The notes under the pieces: generated by a model
Database searches by the model: none
Told to the model about the DNA's origin: nothing
Seen by the model: the letters and a program-made list of their open reading frames with translations, nothing else
Program-made: the position numbers and the translations under genes
Shown: positions 36,293 through 45,568 of the stretch, piece after piece
Numbering within the stretch: position 1 is the first letter of the stretch
Layout of the letters: every line of letters begins with the position of its first letter
From: Candidatus Moraniibacteriota bacterium
GTDB lineage: Bacteria; Patescibacteriota; Minisyncoccia; Moranbacterales; UBA2206
Direction of reading: 5' to 3'
Assembly: GCA_030645735.1 (NCBI GenBank)
Contig: JAUSNP010000005.1
Location: forward strand, 72,151 to 136,150
DNA: 64,000 nucleotides

Positions 36293-38164
36293 ATGTTTAA
36301 TATACACAAAAAAAATTCAGAGGATATCGCAAACTGGCGGATTTATACATTAGTTTTTGTATTTTTTGCAATCGTAGCGGTTCTCTTTCTTCGTTTTTAT
36401 AGTTTGCAGTTTGTGCAACAGGAACAATACCGTGCTTTGGCGGAAGGACAACATTCTTTTTTTCAAAATCTGATTCCCAAGCGTGGTGAGATTTTCATGA
36501 AAGACAAAAATGGAATCTATCCGGCCGCGGTCAATCGAGAAACAAAGCTGGCCTATGCAGTGCCAAAGGAGATTGAGAATCCAGCTGACGCAGCTTTTGC
36601 GGTGGCGCAAGTTTTGCAGATGGACGCAACTGAGCTCAAAGAAAAGTTTTCCAAAGAAAATGATTCTTATGAACCTTTGAAACACAGATTGAGTGATGAA
36701 GAAATTGCGAGCATCAACAATTTGAAACTGAAAGGATTGCATTTGTCGGATGAAAGTTATCGCTATTATCCTTCCAATGAATTGGCCGCTAATGTGATTG
36801 GGTTTGTGGGCTGGAAAGATGATAAATTAGGCGGTCGCTATGGATTGGAATCATATTTTGATGAAGAGTTGCGAGGCACAGAAGGTTCGCTGTTTCATCA
36901 GCGTGACGCTTCAGGTAGCTGGATTGGCGTGGGGCAGAAAGAAATCACTGCCGCGAGAGATGGAGATACGCTTTTTTTGACCATTGACCATATTGTACAA
37001 TATCAAACGGAAAGAATTATTAAAAGCGCCGTGGAAAAATATGGCGCGGATGGTGGGAACATCACGGTGATGGAGCCAGCTACCGGCAAGATATTGTCTA
37101 TGGCAAGCTTTCCAACTTTCAATCCAAATGATTATGCCAAGACCGAAGATATCAATGCTTTCAGGAATCCAGCTGTGAGTGATGCCTATGAATCTGGTAG
37201 TGTTTTCAAAACTTTCACCATCGCGGCGGGGCTAGATAGTGAAAAGATTGCGCCAGATACAACTTACACCGACACAGGCGCCGTGAGTGAAGCAGGCTAC
37301 ACCATCAAGAATTCTGATTTGAAAGCCAATGGCGTGCAAACTATGACAGAAGTTTTAGAAAAGTCATTGAATACTGGCGTGATTTATGTAGAAAAATTGT
37401 TAGGCAATAAAAATTTTGCGGATTACATCACTAGGTTTGGATTTGGCGAGCGCACGGGCATCGATTTGATTGGCGAGCCCAAAGGCAATCTTAACAATTT
37501 AAAAAATTTGAAAAGTGACATCCAGTTTTTTACAGCTTCATTTGGTCAAGGCATCACGGTTACGCCGATTCAGTTGGCGGTAGCTTATAGTGCCATTGCT
37601 AATGGTGGTACACTGATGAAGCCACAGGTTGTGGAGAAAGTAGTTCATGGGGATGGTCGCGAAGAGATTATTGATGCGCAAGAGGTGCGACGGGTTATTT
37701 CCCAAAAAGCGGCCGCACAAACCTCACAAATTTTGCGCAGTGTGGTGGTGAATGGCCATGGCAAAAGAGCCGGTGTGCCAGGCTTTCTGGTAGGTGGCAA
37801 AACTGGCACAGCGCAAATTGTAGATGCGGAAACGAAAAATTATGCTGAAGGAAAATCTACAGGATCTTTTGGCGGCTTTGCGCCAATCAATGATCCAAAG
37901 TTTACTATTGTAGTCAAACTTGATAATCCAAGGAATGTGGAGTGGGCAGAATCGAGTGCGGCGCCAGCCTTTGGAGAATTAATGAAATTTTTGCTAGAAT
38001 ACTATAATATAGAACCAACCGAAGCGTATACTCAAAAAGATTTAGATGCTTTCAATCAAGCGCACAACTTGATTCAATTTAAGAAAGAAGAGACAGAGGC
38101 TAAAGATGAAGTGGTTGCGCTAAAGCCTGAAGTAGCGGAAATTAAGAAAGATAAAAAGAATTAG
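36293..38164 (+). CDS. ftsI: Penicillin-binding protein 2B/3 (FtsI transpeptidase)
   Basis: N-terminal TM, dimerisation domain, transpeptidase motifs SVFKTF (SxxK), SxN, KTGTA; 623 aa. Confidence 0.9.
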   Translation: MFNIHKKNSEDIANWRIYTLVFVFFAIVAVLFLRFYSLQFVQQEQYRALAEGQHSFFQNLIPKRGEIFMKDKNGIYPAAVNRETKLAYAVPKEIENPADAAFAVAQVLQMDATELKEKFSKENDSYEPLKHRLSDEEIASINNLKLKGLHLSDESYRYYPSNELAANVIGFVGWKDDKLGGRYGLESYFDEELRGTEGSLFHQRDASGSWIGVGQKEITAARDGDTLFLTIDHIVQYQTERIIKSAVEKYGADGGNITVMEPATGKILSMASFPTFNPNDYAKTEDINAFRNPAVSDAYESGSVFKTFTIAAGLDSEKIAPDTTYTDTGAVSEAGYTIKNSDLKANGVQTMTEVLEKSLNTGVIYVEKLLGNKNFADYITRFGFGERTGIDLIGEPKGNLNNLKNLKSDIQFFTASFGQGITVTPIQLAVAYSAIANGGTLMKPQVVEKVVHGDGREEIIDAQEVRRVISQKAAAQTSQILRSVVVNGHGKRAGVPGFLVGGKTGTAQIVDAETKNYAEGKSTGSFGGFAPINDPKFTIVVKLDNPRNVEWAESSAAPAFGELMKFLLEYYNIEPTEAYTQKDLDAFNQAHNLIQFKKEETEAKDEVVALKPEVAEIKKDKKN

Positions 38165-39475
38165 ATGACAAACGAAAAATCTCAAAAAATATTAATTTTA
38201 CAGAAAATCATGCGCTTCATGGCTGTTTCGGTTTTGAAAAAATATAATCCAAAAATCATCAGCATTACTGGCTCAGTCGGCAAAACTTCAACCAAGGAGG
38301 CAATTTCAACTGTTTTGGCGAGCAAATTTCGCGTCAGAAGGACGGAGAAGAATTATAACAATGAAATCGGTTTGCCATTGACCATCATTGGCGCCACCAG
38401 TGGCGAAAGCTCTTTAGTGGGCTGGTTTTTGGTTTTTTTGAAATGGTTGTGGATTATGCTTGCCCCGATTGAATATCCGGAAATTTTAGTTTTGGAAATG
38501 GGCGCTGACCGACCTGGCGACATTCAATATCTGACCAGCTTTATAAAGTCCAACGCGGGTGTCATCACTGACATTTCCTATAGTCACGTGGAATATTTCA
38601 AAGGCATCGAGGGCGTGGCCAGAGAAAAAGGTACCTTGGTCAAAGAATTGGATGAAAAGGGTTTGGCAGTTTTGAATGCGGACAATGAGTTTGTGGCTAA
38701 ACTTGCCAGTCAAATCAAATGCAATGTGATCTCCTTCGGTTTTTCCGAAGAGGCGCAGATGCGCGTTAGCGATGTCTGTTTGGGTTGCGCAGGCCAAGCA
38801 GGTGATTTGAAAGGCCTGAGTTTCAAATTAAATTATAAAGGCACGACTATTCCAGTTCGTCTTAATAATATTTTAGCTAAGCATCAAATTTATGCGGTGT
38901 TAGCGGCGATAGCGGTGGGTGATGGTTTTGGCATCAATCTGGTTGAAGCTGGCGCAGCTTTGGAAAACTTCTCTTTGCCGGTTGGGCGCATGAATTTGCT
39001 CTCTGGCCTCAAAAACACGCATATAATCGATGATACCTACAATTCTTCACCCACCTCAGCTTTGGCAGCCTTGGAGGCCTTGGGCGAAATCAAAGCGACC
39101 AGAAAAATCGCAGTCTTGGGTGATATGTTGGAATTGGGTGAGGAGTCTGAAAATGGGCATAAATCCTTGGGCAAAAAATTTGCGCAAATCAAAGGGAGCA
39201 TTTTTCTGGCCGTCGGCAATCGAATGAAGCAGACTGGCAAGGAATTAGAGAAAAATAATTTTCCAACTAAAAATATTTTTTATTTTGACAGTCCAGATGA
39301 GGCTGGCAAAAAGTTACAAGAAATTATGCAAGCGGGTGATTTGATTCTGGTGAAAGGTTCACAGGGCATGCGTATGGAAAAAGTGGTGGAAGAGGTGATG
39401 GCCGATTCAGCACAAGCCAAAAAACTTTTGTGCCGTCAAACAGAAGCATGGCGCACCACGCCTTTTGTGGGATAA
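38165..39475 (+). CDS. murF: UDP-MurNAc-tripeptide--D-Ala-D-Ala ligase
   Basis: ITGSVGKTSTKE P-loop; Mur ligase middle and C-terminal domains; 436 aa. Confidence 0.88.
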   Translation: MTNEKSQKILILQKIMRFMAVSVLKKYNPKIISITGSVGKTSTKEAISTVLASKFRVRRTEKNYNNEIGLPLTIIGATSGESSLVGWFLVFLKWLWIMLAPIEYPEILVLEMGADRPGDIQYLTSFIKSNAGVITDISYSHVEYFKGIEGVAREKGTLVKELDEKGLAVLNADNEFVAKLASQIKCNVISFGFSEEAQMRVSDVCLGCAGQAGDLKGLSFKLNYKGTTIPVRLNNILAKHQIYAVLAAIAVGDGFGINLVEAGAALENFSLPVGRMNLLSGLKNTHIIDDTYNSSPTSALAALEALGEIKATRKIAVLGDMLELGEESENGHKSLGKKFAQIKGSIFLAVGNRMKQTGKELEKNNFPTKNIFYFDSPDEAGKKLQEIMQAGDLILVKGSQGMRMEKVVEEVMADSAQAKKLLCRQTEAWRTTPFVG

Positions 39476-39567
39476 TTGACGCCTGCGCCCCCACACTAAC
39501 TTTGCATTGGCCTGTGGCCATCACCTTTGGTGATATGCAAGGTTAGTGTGGGGGTGTGGATAACTTT

Positions 39568-39598
39568 TTGACATACAAAATCAAAATGGGTGTATAAT
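39568..39598 (+). promoter_or_regulatory. Sigma70-type promoter (TTGACA-19-TATAAT, TG-extended)
   Basis: ttgaca at 39568 and tgtataat at 39591-39598; preceded by a long imperfect hairpin (39487-39558) and a GTGTGGATAAC box. Confidence 0.45.
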
Positions 39599-39764
39599 AT
39601 AGATAGTAGAAAAGAAAAATAAATACACAATTGAATAGGGGGAAATCAAAGTCGCACTTTGAAAACAAAAGACAGTTTCTTGTGATAGGATATTGTCTTT
39701 TGTTTTTTTACAGAGGTCAAAACAAAAACCAAAACCAACAGCAAAACAACGAGGGAGGAGAAAA

Positions 39765-39929
39765 ATGTCTGGACATAGAATAGACGTAGTTCCCGAGGAA
39801 GTTTTGAGCAGGAAGAAGGCTGCTTTGGCTGCTTTGGAGCATGGCTTAACTGGAGATATCAGTAAAGAAGATCTTCGTAAAGCCAGGCGGGTTTTTATTG
39901 AACAAAATTGTCGTGGTGCGGAACATTGA
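39765..39929 (+). CDS. Hypothetical small protein (54 aa; MSGHRIDVV...)
   Basis: SD GGGAGGAG 6 nt before the ATG; the ORF-track start at 39693 is less likely. Confidence 0.35.
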   Translation: MSGHRIDVVPEEVLSRKKAALAALEHGLTGDISKEDLRKARRVFIEQNCRGAEH

Positions 39930-40116
39930 AATATTCCAGCGCCAAACAGCCCCAGAGAAACTTCATCAACATATTGAATCTAATATGTCGAAATTTCTCC
40001 GGGGCTCTATTTTTTTTGTAATAAATATTTTTAGGCGAAATAAAAAAAGGACCGACGAGCAGAAGTTGCTGTTGTCGATCCTTTCATCTAAAAATGTTCT
40101 TCAACTCGAATTATCC

Positions 40117-40566
40117 TTATCTGAAAATTGGTCTGTCCAGGAAAAAGTTTTTCCCTGGTCTGCCTTTTCTTAGCATGCCTATGCATTGGCCTGGTGCATC
40201 GACGACGATAACCACGAGTTCTTGAATATGGTTTTTACCAATAACCATATACTGGACTCCTGATGCGAGACATTCCCAGAGTTGGCCACTGATGTATACC
40301 CCAGTATTCACGGGGCGGATACCTTCCTGTAACCGAAAGGTCCGGCACTTTAAGTCGTTTTTAGGCAAAAGACCAGCATACATTTCTGGTCGCGTGCCAA
40401 CAAAGTTCAACAAACCAGACCAAGTTAATCGCATGACTCGAGTCATAAGATATCCTTTTGCAAGAGGTTGATAAATAAGAACTACGCCAAATAAAACTGC
40501 CTGCAGTATTGCATCAATTTGCAAAAATGTCAATTTAAAATGCTCACCCTTTGATTTTTTTCTCAA
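40117..40566 (-). CDS. Truncated bacterial sugar transferase (PglC/WbaP-type phosphoglycosyl transferase with the central catalytic region missing); possible pseudogene
   Basis: N-terminal TM followed directly by LNFVGTRPE...IRPVNTG, resembling the C-terminal (M)SxVGPRP...RPGITG motifs, with no KFRTM-type middle region; minus-strand terminator at 40040-40090. Confidence 0.4.
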   Translation of the reverse strand: MRKKSKGEHFKLTFLQIDAILQAVLFGVVLIYQPLAKGYLMTRVMRLTWSGLLNFVGTRPEMYAGLLPKNDLKCRTFRLQEGIRPVNTGVYISGQLWECLASGVQYMVIGKNHIQELVVIVVDAPGQCIGMLRKGRPGKNFFLDRPIFR

Positions 40567-40698
40567 CTCGTGTAAACTAGTTTTAGGCTCAAAGTGTGCC
40601 AGATTAGTGTTGTGTATGGCCTCATCGTCTAGCGGCTAGCCCGCCTCGCATCGACGAGCGGTCGTCTCCGCGAGTCGAGGCGGGGACGCTAAACAATT

Positions 40699-40947
40699 AT
40701 GGCAATATTTATCTATCAATTAATTAGCGAAGATAGAACGAAAACATATATTGGCTTTTCGGATGATTTAGATAGAAGAATTTCTGAACATTTAGCTGGT
40801 AAGGTAAAAACAACAAAGAATTTCGGTGAGTTTAGCCATAGAATTTTAGAGAAAGTTAATGATATCAGGTTAGCTAGAATTGCTGAAAAATATTGGAAAT
40901 CAGCATCTGGCAGGAAAAAATTAAAAGAACAGTTTGATGTAGAATAG
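40699..40947 (+). CDS. GIY-YIG nuclease superfamily small protein
   Basis: IFIYQLISEDRTKTYIGFSDDLDRRISEHLAG: GIY...YIG, conserved Arg and E/H; 82 aa; resembles free-standing UPF0213/Slx1-like GIY-YIG proteins. Confidence 0.7.
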   Translation: MAIFIYQLISEDRTKTYIGFSDDLDRRISEHLAGKVKTTKNFGEFSHRILEKVNDIRLARIAEKYWKSASGRKKLKEQFDVE

Positions 40948-40954
40948 GAAACAT

Positions 40955-41029
40955 GCCGCCATCGTCTAGCCCGGTCAGGACGCCAGGTTCTCATCCTGGA
41001 AATCAGGGGTTCGAATCCCCTTGGCGGTA
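40955..41029 (+). tRNA. tRNA-Glu (anticodon CUC)
   Basis: GCCGCCATCGTCTAGCCCGGTCAGGACGCCAGGTTCTCATCCTGGAAATCAGGGGTTCGAATCCCCTTGGCGGTA: 7-bp acceptor, Glu-type D-arm TCGTCTAG, anticodon loop TTCTCAT, T-loop GGTTCGAATCC. Confidence 0.8.
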
Positions 41030-41053
41030 CTTTTAAAAATAATTTCAAACTTT

Positions 41054-42121
41054 GTGGATGCGAGAAAGGCGTTAGCAGAATTTAAGCAGAAAGTTGATCC
41101 GGAATTGGATGCTTTTTTTGACCGCGTAATTGCAGAAAATGAAAAGGTAGATAGAAACATTACAGATGCCATCAAATATGCCCGCAAGATCACAATGTCA
41201 GGTGGCAAAAGAGCGCGCGCTGCTTTCATTTACTATGGCTATTTGGCGGCTGGTGGAAAAGAAAAAAAGAAAATTATTGAGGCTAGTGTTTGCATTGAAC
41301 TTATTCATTCCTATTTGTTGATGCATGATGATATCATCGATCAAGATGAGTTGCGCCATGGTGTGAAAACCACGCACATTCACTATGCGCAGATGGCAAG
41401 AAGATATTTTAGACACAAGAACGCGGAACATTTTGGGAATTCAATGGCTATCATTATTGGCGATATGCTAAACAGCTTGGGCAATCGGGTTTTGTTTGAA
41501 TCAAAATTTGCCCCAGAATTGATAATCAAAGCTTTGTATCGTATGCAGGACATCGTTTCTTTCACAATTATTGGTGAGACGGAAGATGTGATGATTGAAA
41601 ATCGCGGCCGAGCGACCGAAAAAGAAATCATGCGAATGTATGAAAATAAGACGGCGAAGTACACCATTGAAGGCCCATTGCATTTGGGGGCAATTTTGGC
41701 AGGAGCTGACAACAGGTTTTTGCAAACTTTGAGCGCCTATTCAATCCCAGCTGGCATCGCTTTCCAGATTCAGGATGATATCCTGGGTGTTTTTGGATCA
41801 GTGGGCAAAACTGGCAAGCCAGTTGGTTCAGATGTGCGACAGGGCAAGCAAACTATCTTGGTAGCCAAAGCGCTTGAAAAAGCGGATAAGAAGCAAAAAG
41901 AAATTTTAAAAAGATGCTTGGGCAACAGCAAGCTGACTAAAAAAGACCTAGAAGAATTTAGGCAAGTTATCATAGAAACAGGTTCACTAAAATACGCGCA
42001 AGATTTAGCTAAAAAATTAATTTTGGAAGCTAAAGAAAAAATACAAAAAGTCACTATTGCTGTTGAGGCCAAAGAATTTTTATTAGGCATTGCCGACTAT
42101 ATGCTGAATCGGGAGGTTTAA
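41054..42121 (+). CDS. Polyprenyl diphosphate synthase (trans-isoprenyl diphosphate synthase)
   Basis: First DDxxD LLMHDDIIDQDELRHG and second FQIQDDILG aspartate-rich motifs; start uncertain (the ORF-track TTG start overlaps tRNA-Glu; the GTG at 41054 is used here). Confidence 0.8.
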   Translation: MDARKALAEFKQKVDPELDAFFDRVIAENEKVDRNITDAIKYARKITMSGGKRARAAFIYYGYLAAGGKEKKKIIEASVCIELIHSYLLMHDDIIDQDELRHGVKTTHIHYAQMARRYFRHKNAEHFGNSMAIIIGDMLNSLGNRVLFESKFAPELIIKALYRMQDIVSFTIIGETEDVMIENRGRATEKEIMRMYENKTAKYTIEGPLHLGAILAGADNRFLQTLSAYSIPAGIAFQIQDDILGVFGSVGKTGKPVGSDVRQGKQTILVAKALEKADKKQKEILKRCLGNSKLTKKDLEEFRQVIIETGSLKYAQDLAKKLILEAKEKIQKVTIAVEAKEFLLGIADYMLNREV

Positions 42122-42211
42122 TTATGCATCTATCGTAGAGACGCCTCGTCGGGGCGTCTCTACATTTGTCCGGATTGCCTATTTCCTAATTTCAAGGTAA
42201 AATGCGTATAT

Positions 42212-42928
42212 ATGACTGAAGAAATATTAAACAATATACCAAAGCATTTAGCTATTATACCAGACGGAAATCGTCGTTGGGCCAAGGAAAGAGGATTGCA
42301 ACCTTGGGACGGGCATGAGGCTGGCGCTGAAAATACTGAAAAGCTCATCCGGTTCGCCCTGAAAAAAGGGGTCAGTTGTATGACTATTTGGGGATCATCC
42401 GTTGACAACCTAACAAAGAGACCTTTCCAAGAAAAAAAGGCGCTGTTGGATGTGTATAAAAAATATTTTGAAAGACTTTTGAATGGGACTGACATTGATG
42501 AGAATGAAGTTAGAGTTAACTTTATTGGCCGTTGGGAAGAGCAATTTCCAGATTCTTTGAAAAGCATCATCTATGTCTTGATTGAAAAAACCAAGAAATA
42601 TGAAAAGAAAATATTGAATTTCATGTTGGCTTACAATGGTGATGATGATATGCTGTCGGCCATTGCCAAAATTCACAACAAATATGAAAAAGGCATTGAG
42701 ATAACCGCGGAACTTTTGAAAGAAAATTTGATGACTGCCGAATTGCCAGCTGTGGATTATCTGATTCGCACAGGCGGGGACGCTCATTTAAGCACGGGAT
42801 TTATGATGTGGGACACGGCCAACGCACAACTATACTTCTCTCCAGAAAAATATCCAGATTTCAATGATGAAAAATTGGATGAAGCCTTGAAAGAATATGC
42901 TAATCGACAACGCAGGTTTGGGAAATAA
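42212..42928 (+). CDS. uppS: Undecaprenyl diphosphate synthase
   Basis: HLAIIPDGNRRWAKERG cis-prenyltransferase signature; 238 aa. Confidence 0.9.
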   Translation: MTEEILNNIPKHLAIIPDGNRRWAKERGLQPWDGHEAGAENTEKLIRFALKKGVSCMTIWGSSVDNLTKRPFQEKKALLDVYKKYFERLLNGTDIDENEVRVNFIGRWEEQFPDSLKSIIYVLIEKTKKYEKKILNFMLAYNGDDDMLSAIAKIHNKYEKGIEITAELLKENLMTAELPAVDYLIRTGGDAHLSTGFMMWDTANAQLYFSPEKYPDFNDEKLDEALKEYANRQRRFGK

Positions 42929-42934
42929 ACTTAT

Positions 42935-44038
42935 ATGAATACAATGAAAAAATTAGCTTTAGTCATCTTAATTTTATTGTCTTTGCCAGTTTTTTCCTTT
43001 GGGCAGGAAAAAAAGAAAGCCGTCTATTTCTATTCAGAAACTTGCGCGCACTGCAAAATAGTAAACGACTATTTTCAAGCTAATAATATCTATGACAAAT
43101 ATGATATTCAGAAAATAGAAGCAACTGGCCCATATAATATTGATTATTTGAATAAGTTTTTTGACGCTTTTAATGTTGACGCTGAAAAGCGCGGATTCCC
43201 AGTGATATTTTTTGCTGACAAGATGATTTTCGGCGATCAGCCGATTATCAAAAATTTTGAAACGGAAATCGGAAAAATTGATGCCTCTGAATTTTCAACA
43301 CCGGAAAATATCAAAGCATCATTAATTAATAAAAATGATGGAATTGAAACTGAAAAACCTGTGGCTAGCGTTTCGTTGCCGGTTTTATTTTGGGCGGCAC
43401 TTGTAGATGCAATCAATCCTTGCGCTTTTGCTGTTTTGATTCTGCTGGTGGCGACGGTCATTTCAGCCAAAGGCAAGAAAGAAGGACTTTTGTCAGGATT
43501 GTTATTTTCGCTTTCAGTTTTCATCTCATATTTTTTGATGGGCTTGGGGATTTACAAAGCAATTGGCGCTTTTAATTTGCCACAGATATTTTCTATAGTG
43601 ATTGGTGGCTTGGCTGTTTTGATTGGGCTGGCAAATTTGAAAGATTTTTTCTGGTACGGAAAAGTTTTTGTGATGGAGGTGCCATTCAATTGGCGGCCAA
43701 AAATGCAAGCTATTATAAAAAGAGTGACAAGTCCATTGGGTGCAATGGGAGCCGGATTTTTGGTGAGCTTGTTCCTTTTGCCTTGTACAAGTGGTCCATA
43801 CATCGTTATTTTGGGGCTTTTGGCACAGAAAGAAGACTTGAAGCGGTCAATCTCTCTGCTTGCGATTTATAACTTTATTTTTATTCTGCCAATGATCATA
43901 ATAACCATTGGAATGTATTTTGGAATCAGAGCGAAAAGACTGGAAAATTGGAGACAACAAAACATCCGACTATTGCATTTGATTGCTGGCTCAATAATGT
44001 TGTTCATCGGCGCATATTTGATTTATACTTGGATCTAA
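42935..44038 (+). CDS. Thioredoxin-like domain fused to a DsbD/CcdA-type transmembrane thiol-disulfide transporter
   Basis: N-terminal signal plus CxxC (ETCAHCK); TM domain with AINPCAF and LLPCTSGP motifs typical of CcdA/DsbD; sits beside trxA-trxB. Confidence 0.7.
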   Translation: MNTMKKLALVILILLSLPVFSFGQEKKKAVYFYSETCAHCKIVNDYFQANNIYDKYDIQKIEATGPYNIDYLNKFFDAFNVDAEKRGFPVIFFADKMIFGDQPIIKNFETEIGKIDASEFSTPENIKASLINKNDGIETEKPVASVSLPVLFWAALVDAINPCAFAVLILLVATVISAKGKKEGLLSGLLFSLSVFISYFLMGLGIYKAIGAFNLPQIFSIVIGGLAVLIGLANLKDFFWYGKVFVMEVPFNWRPKMQAIIKRVTSPLGAMGAGFLVSLFLLPCTSGPYIVILGLLAQKEDLKRSISLLAIYNFIFILPMIIITIGMYFGIRAKRLENWRQQNIRLLHLIAGSIMLFIGAYLIYTWI

Positions 44039-44210
44039 AAAATTTAAATTATAATAGTAAAGATTTTTGAATTTATTCGAAACCAAACTCGAATCACAAA
44101 TTTTATAGCTGAAATTTTGCCTCAATCTACACGACCATAGCAAAATTTCAGATAAAATTAGGACTCTCGAACAGTGCTTTCTCATAAATTTAAAAAATCT
44201 TTTCAAAATT

Positions 44211-44525
44211 ATGGCAATGGAATTTACTGATCAAAATTTTGATCAAGAAGTGTTGAAAGCTGACAAACCAACTCTAGTTGATTTTTGGGCGCCATGGTGT
44301 GGGCCATGTCAAATGATGGGACCGATCATTGATCAATTGGCGACTGAAATGGGGGACAAAGCCAAAGTTGGCAAAATCAATGTCGATGAAAATTCAGAAA
44401 TCGCTTCAAAATATGGAGTGATGTCCATTCCATCCATAAAAATTTTCAAGGGTGGGCAAGTCGTAGCGGAGTTTGTGGGTGTGCAAAATTTAGATGGCCT
44501 AAAAGAAGCTTTGAATAAGGCATAA
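44211..44525 (+). CDS. trxA: Thioredoxin
   Basis: WAPWCGPCQM active site; 104 aa. Confidence 0.92.
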   Translation: MAMEFTDQNFDQEVLKADKPTLVDFWAPWCGPCQMMGPIIDQLATEMGDKAKVGKINVDENSEIASKYGVMSIPSIKIFKGGQVVAEFVGVQNLDGLKEALNKA

Positions 44526-44547
44526 AAATTGTTTTGAAAATAAACAC

Positions 44548-44582
44548 GGCAACCCTAAAATTCAGGGTTGTTTTGTTTTTTG
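44548..44582 (+). terminator. Intrinsic terminator after trxA
   Basis: CAACCCTgAAtTCAGGGTTG followed by a T-rich run. Confidence 0.55.
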
Positions 44583-44622
44583 GAGAGTGTTAAAATAGAG
44601 GGGTAGTTAATAAAAATTAAGA

Positions 44623-45564
44623 ATGTTAGATATGGAAACAGAAAACAAGGTTTATGATTTGATTATTGTGGGAGCGGGTGTGGCAGGATTGACAGCGTCA
44701 GTTTATGCTTCGCGCTATAAGCTGAATCATTTGATTTTTGGTGTGGAGCCAGGCGGACAAATCAATGAAATTCACAGCTTGGAAAATTGGCCAGGCATTA
44801 TTGCTATTCCTGGGCGGGATTTCATTGGCAATTTAGTTGCGCAGGTCAATAATTTTGGCGTGCAAATTAAAAATGAATCAATCAGTTCCGTTGTGAAAAA
44901 TGAAGACGGAACTTTTGAGGTGGAAACTGGCAAGGAAAAATATCAAGCCAAAGCAGTCATTATGGCGATGGGTAGTAGTTATAAAAAAATGAACATTCCT
45001 GGGGAAAAAGAATTCACCGGCAAGGGTGTGTCCTATTGCGCCACTTGTGACGCGATGTTTTTCCGCAACAAAGTTGTGAGTGTGATTGGTGGAGGAAATT
45101 CAGCGGTGGTGGTGGCCTTGGAGTTGACGGATTTTGCGAGCAAGGTTTATTTGGTATATCGCGGTGAAAAATTGAAAGCTGATCCGGTCTGGTTGGATAA
45201 ATTAGAAACTAATCCAAAAATTGAAGTTATTCGAGAAACTAATGTCATCGAAATCAAAGGTGAAACCAAAGTGGAGAAATTGATTTTGGACAAGCCCTTG
45301 GCAGATGACAAAACATTTTTGCTGACGGATGGTGTTTTCATTGAAATTGGCAGTGAGCCAGGTGTTGAGTTGGCGCGTAAATTGGGTGTGGAAACTGATG
45401 AACAAAATTTCATCAAAGTCGATGCGAATCAGAGCACAAATGTGCCTGGAGTTTTTGCGGCAGGCGACATCACTACTGGTTCAAACAAATTTCGCCAAGT
45501 CATCACCGCCGCTTCTGAAGGTGCCTTAGCAGCCAATGGTGTATATAAAAAATCAAAATTATAA
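44623..45564 (+). CDS. trxB: Thioredoxin-disulfide reductase
   Basis: FAD site IVGAGVAGLTA, redox CATCD, NADPH site GGGNSA; 313 aa. Confidence 0.9.
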   Translation: MLDMETENKVYDLIIVGAGVAGLTASVYASRYKLNHLIFGVEPGGQINEIHSLENWPGIIAIPGRDFIGNLVAQVNNFGVQIKNESISSVVKNEDGTFEVETGKEKYQAKAVIMAMGSSYKKMNIPGEKEFTGKGVSYCATCDAMFFRNKVVSVIGGGNSAVVVALELTDFASKVYLVYRGEKLKADPVWLDKLETNPKIEVIRETNVIEIKGETKVEKLILDKPLADDKTFLLTDGVFIEIGSEPGVELARKLGVETDEQNFIKVDANQSTNVPGVFAAGDITTGSNKFRQVITAASEGALAANGVYKKSKL

Positions 45565-45568
45565 TTAT

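Noticed and set aside
40618-40693. Possible second tRNA (starts like tRNA-Glu: GGCCTCATCGTCTAGCGG)
   Set aside because: Only the first ~17 nt resemble a tRNA. The remainder forms a long GC hairpin with no anticodon or T-arm and no matching acceptor 3' strand. It is interpreted as a duplicated 5' fragment, not a gene.
40636-40954. Group I intron hypothesis for the GIY-YIG region (tRNA interrupted by an intron-encoded homing endonuclease)
   Set aside because: The tRNA-Glu at 40955-41029 is complete on its own, and only ~320 nt (249 of them ORF) separate the fragment from it, which is too short for a group I ribozyme core.
41021-41053. TTG start of the polyprenyl synthase overlapping the last 9 nt of tRNA-Glu
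   Set aside because: An overlap with a tRNA gene is unlikely. The GTG at 41054 is more plausible, although the start remains uncertain.
40716-41229. Minus-strand ORFs of 110 and 84 aa overlapping the GIY-YIG gene and tRNA-Glu
   Set aside because: They overlap a clear tRNA and a motif-bearing CDS on the other strand; spurious.
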